Source: an uncultured Gammaproteobacteria bacterium
GTDB taxonomy: Bacteria; Pseudomonadota; Gammaproteobacteria; Pseudomonadales; Azotimanducaceae
Length of the DNA stretch: 64,000 bases
Direction: 5' to 3'
Assembly (NCBI GenBank): GCA_963735085.1
Contig: CAVTJP010000005.1
Location: forward strand, 1,213,001-1,277,000
The notes under the pieces are model-generated. The model was not told where the DNA came from. It ran no database searches and saw only the letters and a program-made list of their open reading frames with translations. Each line of letters starts with the position of its first letter. Positions within the stretch are counted from its first letter, which is position 1. The translations under genes and the position numbers were made by a program. Shown piece by piece: positions 38,032 to 46,815 of this stretch.

Positions 38032-39228
38032 ATGGCTGAGCTGAGCTGCGAGGTTCTCGTCGCCGGCGGCGGACTGATCGGCGCTGCCACGGCGCTGGCG
38101 TTGTCGCGGTGCGGGTTGAACGTGGTGCTGGTGGACCGAGGTGAACCAAAGATCACGCACGGCCGGCTCGGGTTCGATATCCGCACCGTTGCGCTGAACC
38201 CGGCTTCGGTGGAATTGCTGACGGAACTCGATGTGTGGCGCGCATTTGCGCCGAATCCGTTCGGCTCCGTTTATGTCTGTGAAGAACGCGGCACGCGGCA
38301 CATCGAATTCCGGGCTGCCGAAGTCGATCGCAACGAACTCGGCTGGATTGTCGAAGTCAGCCATTCGGTCGCGGCGCTGTGGGCGGCGTTGAAACGCCAG
38401 AGCAACGTGACGGTCGTCTCGGCCAACATCGACCAAGTTGCAGCGAGTACCGACTCCGTTCACGTGCAGGCGGGCGAGATGCGCATCACGACCCAACTGT
38501 TGATCGCCGCGGACGGCGCCAATTCGTCGATTCGCGCGCTACTGGGTGTTGATACGTCACGCTTTCAGACGCAGCAAACGGCGATTGCAACGATCGTCGA
38601 GATCGAACGCGATCACGAAGGCATGGCCTGGCAATGTTTTCTGCGGGACGGACCGCTCGCATTGTTACCGTTGCCAGCGCGCGACGGGCGGTTCTTCAGT
38701 TCGGTCATCTGGACGCAATCGAACGCCGCCGCAGAGCAACTGATGCAGCTCGACGACGACGCGTTCGCATTGCGTCTCGGTGGAGCAATCGATAGCCGAT
38801 TCGGCGCGATTCGGGCGCTCGATGCGCGCTACGCATTCGCGCTCGAGCAGATGGTCGCAAGTTCGTTCCAGCCGGCGCCTCGGGTGTTGCTCGTCGGCGA
38901 CGCGGCGCGCGTGCTGCACCCGCTGGCGGGCCAGGGGGTCAACCTCGGCTTCGAAGACATTCGCGAGGTGGTGCGCGTCGCCGGCGCGGTTGCGCCGGAG
39001 GACCTCGGCGACGCAGCGCTCTGGCGCGGCTTCGCACGCCGCCGGCAGCTGCGCGCCGATGTGATGGTGCGAGCGATGGATGCATTCGCGATGGCGTATC
39101 GGATCAGCGATCCGACAATAAATTGGCTGCGCAACGTGGCGGTCGATCTGCTCAACGCCGCGCCACCGCTGAAACGCCAGCTGATCCGCGAGGCGATGGG
39201 ATTTGGGGTGTTCGCGCCGCCGCGTTGA
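38032..39228 (+). CDS. ubiH: UbiH/UbiF/VisC-family FAD-dependent ubiquinone-biosynthesis hydroxylase
   Basis: GGGLIGAA dinucleotide motif, ADGANS, and the GDAARVLHPLAGQGVNLG fingerprint. pepP-ubiH synteny. Confidence 0.8.
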   Translation: MAELSCEVLVAGGGLIGAATALALSRCGLNVVLVDRGEPKITHGRLGFDIRTVALNPASVELLTELDVWRAFAPNPFGSVYVCEERGTRHIEFRAAEVDRNELGWIVEVSHSVAALWAALKRQSNVTVVSANIDQVAASTDSVHVQAGEMRITTQLLIAADGANSSIRALLGVDTSRFQTQQTAIATIVEIERDHEGMAWQCFLRDGPLALLPLPARDGRFFSSVIWTQSNAAAEQLMQLDDDAFALRLGGAIDSRFGAIRALDARYAFALEQMVASSFQPAPRVLLVGDAARVLHPLAGQGVNLGFEDIREVVRVAGAVAPEDLGDAALWRGFARRRQLRADVMVRAMDAFAMAYRISDPTINWLRNVAVDLLNAAPPLKRQLIREAMGFGVFAPPR

Positions 39229-39327
39229 TCTGACAGGAGCGGCGTCGGCCGCGATCAGTGCAGTCTGTACCGCGACATGGCGGGGTCGATAGAATGCGCG
39301 AACACGCACGCCATCGAGAAATGCCCG

Positions 39328-40404
39328 ATGCCGCTGGAGCGGACAGCGCTTTACGACACCCACGTCGCCGCCGGTGCGCGGATGGTCGATTTCGGCGGCT
39401 GGGAAATGCCGCTGCATTACGGGTCCCAAATCGAGGAGCATCACGCGGTACGGCGCGCAGCCGGTATGTTCGACGTTTCACACATGACGATCATCGATCT
39501 CGACGGTCCGCAGGCGCTCGATTTCCTGCGCTATCTGGTTGCGAACGATCCGGCCCGATTGACCGAAGCGGGACGCGCGCAATACGGCGTGTTGTTGAAC
39601 GCCGCCGGCTGCGTCGTTGACGATCTGATCGTGTATCGCCGCGGCGGTGACTATCGCGCGGTCGTCAACGCGGCAACTCGCGAGAAGGTGCTGGCGTGGT
39701 TCGCCAAACACGCGAAGGGTTTCGAAGTCTTGACTCACCCGCGCCCGGACCTGGTGATGATTGCGGTGCAGGGTCCGCAGGCGATCGAGATTTTCGAGCG
39801 CGTCACCGGCATTCAAGGCGCCGCGCAGATGAAACCGTTCAATGAATTCGAGAGCGACACCTGGATGGTCGCCCGCACAGGCTACACGGGGGAGGCAGGC
39901 ATCGAAGTCATGCTGCCCGCGGCGGAAGGCATTGCGTTGTGGGCGAAACTCGCCGCGGCCGATGTCGCGCCTTGCGGTCTCGCATCGCGCGACACGTTGC
40001 GCCTCGAAGCCGGGTTGAACCTCTATGGCCAGGACATGGATGAAACGACCGACCCGCTCGAATCCAATCTCGCGTGGACGGTTGCGTGGGACCCGGCAGA
40101 CCGCGATTTCGTTGGGCGGAAAGCGCTGGAAGCGCGTCGTGCAAGGGGTATGGATCGAAAGCTCACGGGGATCGTGCTGAACGCAAAAGGCGTCATCCGG
40201 CACGGGCAGCGCGTCGTCACGAACGCCGGCGACGGCGAGGTCACCAGCGGTATTTTCTCGCCAACGTTGGGTTACAGTATTGGGCTGGCGCGGTTGCCCC
40301 GCCTCGCGAAAGGCAGTGCCCACGTCGACATTCGCGGCAAGCTGCTACCGGTTCGGATCGTGCGACCGCCGTTCGTCCGCAACGGCCAGAAGGTATTCGA
40401 GTGA
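39328..40404 (+). CDS. gcvT: Glycine cleavage system aminomethyltransferase (T protein)
   Basis: [28 protein letters not shown] and FDVSHM motifs. Start at the ATG at 39328. Confidence 0.93.
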   Translation: MPLERTALYDTHVAAGARMVDFGGWEMPLHYGSQIEEHHAVRRAAGMFDVSHMTIIDLDGPQALDFLRYLVANDPARLTEAGRAQYGVLLNAAGCVVDDLIVYRRGGDYRAVVNAATREKVLAWFAKHAKGFEVLTHPRPDLVMIAVQGPQAIEIFERVTGIQGAAQMKPFNEFESDTWMVARTGYTGEAGIEVMLPAAEGIALWAKLAAADVAPCGLASRDTLRLEAGLNLYGQDMDETTDPLESNLAWTVAWDPADRDFVGRKALEARRARGMDRKLTGIVLNAKGVIRHGQRVVTNAGDGEVTSGIFSPTLGYSIGLARLPRLAKGSAHVDIRGKLLPVRIVRPPFVRNGQKVFE

Positions 40405-40432
40405 ACACAGCACACAATTCAGGGAGCCAGGA

Positions 40433-40828
40433 ATGAGCGAGATTCCGATCGAGTTGCGCTATGCGAAATCCCACGAATGGGCGCGGCTCGAGGATGACGG
40501 TACTGTTACCGTCGGCATCAGCGATCATGCACAGGACGCACTGGGCGACGTCGTCTACGTCGAGTTGCCGGAGGTCGATGTAGTACTCGATGCGGGCGAG
40601 GAAGCCGGCGTCGTCGAATCCGTGAAGGCCGCGTCCGACATCTATGCGCCCATCGGTGGCACCGTGGTTGCGATCAACGAAGTGCTGGAGGACGCGCCGG
40701 AGACGGTCAATCAGGACCCGTACAGTGACGGCTGGTTTTTTCGCATTGCCCCGAACGACGTGGCGGACCTGGATCAGCTGTTGGACGCCGACGGCTACGC
40801 CGAGGTTTGCGAAGACGACGAGCACTGA
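40433..40828 (+). CDS. gcvH: Glycine cleavage system H protein
   Basis: [11 protein letters not shown]...[20 protein letters not shown]...[12 protein letters not shown] (lipoyl-lysine motif). Confidence 0.95.
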   Translation: MSEIPIELRYAKSHEWARLEDDGTVTVGISDHAQDALGDVVYVELPEVDVVLDAGEEAGVVESVKAASDIYAPIGGTVVAINEVLEDAPETVNQDPYSDGWFFRIAPNDVADLDQLLDADGYAEVCEDDEH

Positions 40829-40878
40829 TCCCTGTGTCGTGACGCTGGAAATCGCCGCTGTAGCGGAGGTAACGCTCG

Positions 40879-41418
40879 TCAGGGTGTGATCGAGTATCCC
40901 TTCGCGGTGACACACGCCGAATAGGCCTGCTTCGACGCAGCATCGGCGGACTGTGCTGCGGCCGTCGATTGCTGTTGTGCCTGCTGCTCTTGGTCTTTTT
41001 TGCTATCGCGTCGCGACTGACGCTGTTGCGCGCCACCGACCACCGCACCGGCCACCGCGGCATCTTTAGCCTGGTTCTGCCGATACTGCTGCTGCACGTC
41101 GCTATCGACTTTGTCGTAGTTGTCGTAGCGATTGCCCCGCACCTGGGCTGTTGCCGCACCTGCCGCCGCTCCAACCGCGGCGCCGCGCACCCGACCGCCT
41201 CTTTCCTTTTCTGTGTCGGTGGTCGATGCGGCCGCCGACTGATTGGCCGATGCGAGGGACTGATCGTACGCGGCCTTGGCCTGCGTCTGGCAGTCCGCCA
41301 GGTCCTTCTGAATCTGCTCGGGCGTTTGTCCTTTCGTCGGCACCACGGTCTCGGCATTTGCGCCGATGCCGAACGCGAGCGACGCAATCGTGACCAAGCC
41401 GATCAAGTGTCTAGACAT
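40879..41418 (-). CDS. Exported glycine-zipper / Gln-rich hypothetical protein
   Basis: Signal peptide (LIGLVTIASLAFGIGANA), GxxxG/A zipper runs (GAAVGAAAGAATAQ, AVAGAVVGGAQ) and two Cys. GGGAG SD before the ATG at 41418. Confidence 0.5.
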   Translation of the reverse strand: MSRHLIGLVTIASLAFGIGANAETVVPTKGQTPEQIQKDLADCQTQAKAAYDQSLASANQSAAASTTDTEKERGGRVRGAAVGAAAGAATAQVRGNRYDNYDKVDSDVQQQYRQNQAKDAAVAGAVVGGAQQRQSRRDSKKDQEQQAQQQSTAAAQSADAASKQAYSACVTAKGYSITP

Positions 41419-41610
41419 CGCAACTCCCATAGAGTGTGGGCAAATCCATCGTAGTGTCATTCCACGCCTATTGCGCGCCGAGGTCCACCGGCGCCAGCCC
41501 CCGGCGATCATGTTTCGATACGTTTTACGATTTTCGATCAATGCTCAGGTAGAGTATTGCGCGCGCGTCGCCAAAGGCGCACGTGCGTACCCGTTACGAC
41601 CGAGCACGCA

Positions 41611-42984
41611 ATGCCATTCATTCCCCACACACAAGCCGACGTCGACACGATGCTGGATGCGATCGGCGTCGTTGCCGTCGAACAGTTGTTCGACGAAATT
41701 CCAACCGCGCTACGCGCCGGTGAACTCAAACAGGTTCCGAAAGGTCGCAGCGAGATGGACATGCTCGCGTTGCTGGCTGAGCGCGCGGACCGCGATCGTG
41801 TCGAGCTGTGCTTCATGGGTGCCGGCAGCTACGACCATCACATCCCGGCCGCGGTGTGGGACATCGCGCAGCGCGGAGAATTTCTGACCGCATACACACC
41901 ATACCAAGCGGAAGCGAGCCAGGGCACCTTGCAGCTGATCTACGAATTCCAGTCGATGATGACGGCGCTGACCGGTATGGACGTGTCGAACGCATCCGTC
42001 TACGACGGCGGCTCCGGGCTCGCCGAAGCGGTATTGATGGCGGTACGCGCCAACAAGAAGAACAAGTCGCAGCTGGTGTTGGTGCCGGACACGGTCAATC
42101 CGCGCTACCGAGATGCGACGCGAAGCATTGTGCGCAATCAAGCGATCGAACTGGTCAGTTTGCCGATGACCGCCGATGGCACCATCGACACTGCCGCGCT
42201 CGATCGCTTGACCGAAGTACCGGTCGCGCTGGTCGTGCAACAGCCGAACTATTTCGGGCGGCTTGAAGATGTCGATGCGCTTGCCGACTGGGCGGCTCAG
42301 CGCGGCGTGGCATTGATCGCCTCTGTGAATCCGTTGTCGTTGGCAGTGCTTAAACCGCCATCGGAATGGGGCAAACACGGCGCCGATATCGTCTGCGGCG
42401 ACGGTCAGCCGTTCGGCATTCCAATGGCGTCGGGCGGCCCGTCGTTCGGCTTCATGTGCTGCAAGATGGACTGGGTGCGGCAGATGCCGGGCCGCATCAT
42501 CGGCCGCACCGTCGATCTGGAAGGCCGCACCGGTTTTGCGCTGACCTTGCAAGCGCGCGAACAACACATTCGCCGCGCGAAGGCGACGTCGAACATCTGC
42601 ACCAACCAAGGGCTGCTGGTCACCGCCGGCACGCTTTACATGAGCATCCTCGGCGCGGAAGGCCTTCGCCGCGTTGCCACACACTCTCACGCGAACACGC
42701 AGGCGCTGACCGACGCGTTGACGAAAATTCCTGGCGTCACTGTTGCGTTCGATGGACCGTTCTTCCATGAACGCGTGGTGCGCCTGCCGGTCGATGCGAC
42801 GAAAGTGGTCGAACAGCTCGCGTCTGAACGCATCCTGATCGGCCATCCGCTTGGCCGCGAATACCCGAAGCTCTCGAATCATTTGCTCGTGTGCGCAACC
42901 GAGAAGTACGGCGCCAACGCGATCGAGCGCGCGGCACAAGCACTGACGGCCACACTCGAGGCGGGTTCGCGGGGCGCGCGATGA
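41611..42984 (+). CDS. gcvPA: Glycine dehydrogenase (decarboxylating) subunit 1
   Basis: MPFIPHT..., [11 protein letters not shown] and [14 protein letters not shown] motifs of the split P-protein alpha subunit. Confidence 0.92.
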   Translation: MPFIPHTQADVDTMLDAIGVVAVEQLFDEIPTALRAGELKQVPKGRSEMDMLALLAERADRDRVELCFMGAGSYDHHIPAAVWDIAQRGEFLTAYTPYQAEASQGTLQLIYEFQSMMTALTGMDVSNASVYDGGSGLAEAVLMAVRANKKNKSQLVLVPDTVNPRYRDATRSIVRNQAIELVSLPMTADGTIDTAALDRLTEVPVALVVQQPNYFGRLEDVDALADWAAQRGVALIASVNPLSLAVLKPPSEWGKHGADIVCGDGQPFGIPMASGGPSFGFMCCKMDWVRQMPGRIIGRTVDLEGRTGFALTLQAREQHIRRAKATSNICTNQGLLVTAGTLYMSILGAEGLRRVATHSHANTQALTDALTKIPGVTVAFDGPFFHERVVRLPVDATKVVEQLASERILIGHPLGREYPKLSNHLLVCATEKYGANAIERAAQALTATLEAGSRGAR

Positions 42985-44447
42985 AGCACGAACAACCGAC
43001 AATATTCGACATCGGGCACGCCGGCCGAACCGCACCTGCGCAAATGCCGAGCGATGTGCCGCTCATGGGTATTCCCGCGTCGCTTTTGCGCGAGACCCCA
43101 CCGGTAATGCCGCAGGTCTCAGAACTGCAAGCGGTGCGACATTACACGAACCTGTCGCGCCGCAATTTCTCGATCGAAACGCAGTTCTATCCGCTCGGCT
43201 CATGCACGATGAAATACAACCCGCGCGGCACGCATCGCGCGGCGAACCTGCCGGGCTTCCTCGGCCGTCATCCGCTCGCCCCCGAGTCGCTCAGTCAGGG
43301 CTTCTTGAGTTGTCTGTACGAACTGCAGGAAATCCTGAAGGACGTCACCGGCATGCGCGGCGTGTCGCTGACGCCGATGGCAGGCGCACAAGGTGAGTTT
43401 GCCGGCGTTGCGATGATTCGCGCGTATCACGAAAGTCGCGAAGACCACGCTCGTACGGAAATTCTGATTCCAAATGCCGCGCATGGCACCAACCCGGCGA
43501 CGGCCGTGATGTGCGGCTACCGAGTGCGGGAAGTACCGGTGAAGGCAGACGGCGATGTCGACATCGAAGCGCTGCGCGCCGCCGTCGGGCCACACACGGC
43601 TGGCCTGATGATGACGAACCCGTCGACGTGCGGTGTGTTCGATCGCCGCATCACCGATATCGCCAAGGCCGTGCACGGCGCCGGCGGACTGCTGTACTAC
43701 GACGGTGCGAACCTGAACGCGATCCTCGGCAAAGTGAAACCCGGCGACATGGGTTTCGACGTGCTGCACATGAACCTGCACAAGACGTTCGCAACGCCAC
43801 ATGGCGGCGGCGGGCCAGGGGCGGGTCCGGTGGGTGTCGCAGAGCGCCTCGTGCCGTTCTTGCCGACTCCGATTGTCGGCCGTGAGGGTGAGCATTATCG
43901 CTGGCTGACCGAAGCCGATCGACCGCAAACAATCGGGCGACTCTCCACGTTCATGGGTAACGCCGGCATCCTCGTCCGCGCACTCGCGTATGCATTGATG
44001 CTCGGCCGCGAAGGCATGCACCGCGTTGGCGAATACGCAACTTTGAATGCGAACTACATGGCGGCGCGCCTCGCGAAGGAAGGTTTCCAACTCGCCTATC
44101 CGCAACGCCGCGCCGGACACGAGTTCATCGTGACATTCAGCAAACAGGCGAAGACGATCGGCGTGACGGCGATGGACATCGCGAAGCGGTTGCTGGATTA
44201 CGGATATCACTCGCCGACCACGTATTTCCCGCTGCTCGTGCCGGAGTGTTTCCTGATCGAACCGACGGAGACGGAACCGAAGGAAGAGCTAGACGGTTTC
44301 ATTGAGGCGCTGGTTGCGATCTTGAAGGAGGCGGAGACGGACCCGGAGTTGGTGAAGGGTGCACCGCATACAATGCCGGTGAGACGGTTGGATGATGTGA
44401 AGGCGGCAAGGGATTTGGATTTGAGGTGGCGAATAGCTGCGACTTAA
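42981..44447 (+). CDS. gcvPB: Glycine dehydrogenase (decarboxylating) subunit 2
   Basis: [12 protein letters not shown] and the NLHKTF PLP-lysine motif. The ATG overlaps the gcvPA stop (ATGA). Confidence 0.92.
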   Translation: MKHEQPTIFDIGHAGRTAPAQMPSDVPLMGIPASLLRETPPVMPQVSELQAVRHYTNLSRRNFSIETQFYPLGSCTMKYNPRGTHRAANLPGFLGRHPLAPESLSQGFLSCLYELQEILKDVTGMRGVSLTPMAGAQGEFAGVAMIRAYHESREDHARTEILIPNAAHGTNPATAVMCGYRVREVPVKADGDVDIEALRAAVGPHTAGLMMTNPSTCGVFDRRITDIAKAVHGAGGLLYYDGANLNAILGKVKPGDMGFDVLHMNLHKTFATPHGGGGPGAGPVGVAERLVPFLPTPIVGREGEHYRWLTEADRPQTIGRLSTFMGNAGILVRALAYALMLGREGMHRVGEYATLNANYMAARLAKEGFQLAYPQRRAGHEFIVTFSKQAKTIGVTAMDIAKRLLDYGYHSPTTYFPLLVPECFLIEPTETEPKEELDGFIEALVAILKEAETDPELVKGAPHTMPVRRLDDVKAARDLDLRWRIAAT

Positions 44448-44535
44448 TCTCGGGCCATAGTCACTTCTTTCAGACGTCATCGACGTATCTCTCGGCGAGT
44501 ACACTGACGGACCCGCAAACAAAAGGATCGCCGCC

Positions 44536-44958
44536 ATGATCCGCGCCGCCTGCCACTGCACCGCCGTTCGCCTCGAGATCACCGATCTCCCAGCTTGGGT
44601 GCTCGATTGCAACTGTACGATCTGTCGCCGCTACGGCGCGATCTGGTCATACCCGGAAGCCGGGCACGTGAAGGTCGTCAAGGACGCGACCGACACGTAC
44701 CTCTGGGGCGATCACCAGTTGGCGTTCCACCGCTGCAAGGAATGCGGGTGTGTCATGTACATGGAAGCCGTTAAAGAGAACCCGCCATTCATCTACGGCG
44801 TCAACGCGCGGATGATTCCGACGCTCGACCCGTCGAGCGTGCGAGTGCGGCAAAAGGACAACGGCCACACCGGTTGGTTCTGGACGCCCTCCGACGATCC
44901 GCCGGAGCCGAGTCGTCATCCCAAGATGGATCCGCCCGGCGAAAACGATTGGCGATGA
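44536..44958 (+). CDS. GFA (glutathione-dependent formaldehyde-activating / CENP-V) family protein
   Basis: CHCTAVR...CNCTICRRYG...CKECGC zinc-cysteine pattern. Confidence 0.8.
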   Translation: MIRAACHCTAVRLEITDLPAWVLDCNCTICRRYGAIWSYPEAGHVKVVKDATDTYLWGDHQLAFHRCKECGCVMYMEAVKENPPFIYGVNARMIPTLDPSSVRVRQKDNGHTGWFWTPSDDPPEPSRHPKMDPPGENDWR

Positions 44959-45007
44959 TCAGACCCGGGGCCCTGAAGCGACGGTCGGGTGGGGAGAAGC
45001 TTGGCGC

Positions 45008-45910
45008 ATGGAACGCGACGAACACCGATCCGAACTGGGCGAGTGGCAGACGGCGCAACGACCTGCCGACCCGCGCCTACGCGCATATGTTCACGGTTAC
45101 TTGGCGAGTTCGAGCAATCTTCGGGTGCCGGTTCGGGAGCTGCATCTGCCGTCGACAGAAGTCGCCGTTCTTCTGAATTTCGGTGAGTCGCATCGACGCT
45201 TGGATGCGGCGGGCTCGGGAGAATGGTCCGCAAGAGACGGTGTCTGGGTGGTCGGGTTGCACAACCGGCACCAGCTCACACAGGCATTCGGTGAGCGACA
45301 TTTCATGGTCGTGCGATTCACGCCGATTGGCGCGCATCTTTTCCTCCGCCTGCCGATGTACGCGATCGCCAATGAGGCGGTCGATCTCGAACAGATCAAT
45401 CCCACTTTTGCGCGCGTTCTCGTCAGTCGTGTTGGCGTTGCGAAAAGTTGGGTCGATCGGTTCGCGGCCGTCGAATCGCTAATCGCCGAACGCGTAGCGC
45501 AGGTGCAGATACCCGCTTCCACCGGTTTGGCCTGGCGCAGGCTCGTGGCGGCAGACGGCCGCGTCGCGCTCGGTTCGGTCGCTGCCGAACTCGATTGCAG
45601 CCATCGCACGCTGATTGCGAATTTCCGTACGTGCGTTGGGTTTCCGCCTAAGACGATCGCGCGATTGCTGCGCTTCAATCGTGTTGCGCGTGAACTCGAC
45701 CATCTGAGTTCGACTCGCGCCAACGAGCCTGCGGGCAAACCGTCCATCGAGGCGGAGCCTGCAGACGAACGATTAGTGCGAGCGGTTCGGTGGACCGATC
45801 TCGCGGCCGACTGCGGATATTTCGATCAGGCGCATCTCATCAAGGATTTCCGGGCTTTCGCCGGCAGCAACCCCACTGCGTTCCTGCGCCGCGTCTCCAA
45901 CCTGAACTGA
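45008..45910 (+). CDS. AraC-family transcriptional regulator
   Basis: C-terminal double HTH (LDCSHRTLIANFRTCVGFPPKTIARLLRFNRV...DCGYFDQAHLIKDFRAFAG). Confidence 0.8.
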   Translation: MERDEHRSELGEWQTAQRPADPRLRAYVHGYLASSSNLRVPVRELHLPSTEVAVLLNFGESHRRLDAAGSGEWSARDGVWVVGLHNRHQLTQAFGERHFMVVRFTPIGAHLFLRLPMYAIANEAVDLEQINPTFARVLVSRVGVAKSWVDRFAAVESLIAERVAQVQIPASTGLAWRRLVAADGRVALGSVAAELDCSHRTLIANFRTCVGFPPKTIARLLRFNRVARELDHLSSTRANEPAGKPSIEAEPADERLVRAVRWTDLAADCGYFDQAHLIKDFRAFAGSNPTAFLRRVSNLN

Positions 45911-45962
45911 ACGTCCGGGCGATCAAATAATTCCAATACCGGGGCGCGTGCTCGGCGGTTAG

Positions 45963-46778
45963 ATGATGTCCGTCGCAAAAAGCGAGGAGCTAAACGAGAT
46001 GCAATCCCCACCGATCAGCCAGGCCGAGATCGACGCGCGAATCGGGCCCCACATCGATGAGTTGCTTGCGCTTTGGTGGGCCGAGCAAGGCGCCTCGAAG
46101 CCCGCCGACCTCGACTTGATCGCGTTGGCGGTACCGTTTCCGCGCGACCAGGCTATTCGCGTACTGGATCTCTGCTGTGGTCCCGGTGACGTTGGCCGGA
46201 CGATCCAACGGATCTATCCGAACACGCACGTCGACTGCATCGATCGAGACCCGTTTTTAACGTCGATCTGCCGAACCGCCAATCAGCGGGACCGCATACC
46301 CGGACGTGTGGTCGTGAGAGACTTGAACGACGACGGCTGGCTGGACGAATTCTCTGGCAACTACGACGTTGTGGCGACGGTCAATGCGTTGCATTGGTTC
46401 GACGCGCGGTGCGTACAACAGTTGATTGCCGACGTTCACGAGGCGCTGCGCGGTGGCGGGACGTTCGTGCTCGCCGAGCCGGCATCTGCCGAGCCACCGT
46501 TCGCGACCGGTTTCGACGAATGGAAAGCGAAGCAACCGCCGCGCTACTCGCGCGAGAATTGGGAACGGTTCTGGTCGCGTGCGAACGCGCTGCTCGGGTA
46601 TGACCACCCAGCGCTCTGGGGACCACGCGACGAGAATCGCATCGATGAAGGTATATCAGTGGCAGGCTGGAGCGGCCTGCTCGAACGGGCCGGCTTCACA
46701 TGCGTCGACGTGCTGCTGCGAGACGCCGATCAGGTTGTCATCGGCGCGCTGAAATCCACTGATGCCGATCATCACTGA
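45963..46778 (+). CDS. Class I SAM-dependent methyltransferase
   Basis: Motif I VLDLCCGPGDVG and post-I/II motifs (CIDRDP, VATVNALHWF). Confidence 0.75.
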   Translation: MMSVAKSEELNEMQSPPISQAEIDARIGPHIDELLALWWAEQGASKPADLDLIALAVPFPRDQAIRVLDLCCGPGDVGRTIQRIYPNTHVDCIDRDPFLTSICRTANQRDRIPGRVVVRDLNDDGWLDEFSGNYDVVATVNALHWFDARCVQQLIADVHEALRGGGTFVLAEPASAEPPFATGFDEWKAKQPPRYSRENWERFWSRANALLGYDHPALWGPRDENRIDEGISVAGWSGLLERAGFTCVDVLLRDADQVVIGALKSTDADHH

Positions 46779-46815
46779 GGCGATCGATCGACAAGGTGCG
46801 GACGCTCTAGCAGGC

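Noticed and set aside
39229-39327. Possible glycine riboswitch upstream of gcvT (also checked at 41419-41610 upstream of gcvPA)
   Set aside because: The gcvT spacer is only ~100 nt. Neither region shows the GGAGAG...CACCGAAGGGGCAA / CUCAGGCAAAAGGAC-type conserved cores. A cmsearch with RF00504 would be decisive.
40707-41387. Alternative 226-aa minus-strand ORF overlapping the glycine-zipper gene
   Set aside because: Its composition is Arg/Pro/Ser-rich with no signal peptide or motif. The other frame (40879-41418) has a signal peptide, an SD and a coherent low-complexity domain.
41710-43035. 441-aa minus-strand ORF antisense to gcvPA/gcvPB
   Set aside because: It is Arg/His/Ala-rich with no recognisable motifs and lies fully inside two strongly supported genes. 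Long antisense ORFs are expected in high-GC DNA. The same applies to 31466-32839, 57589-58128, 62357-63217, 20136-20984, 43200-44210 and similar ORFs in the track.
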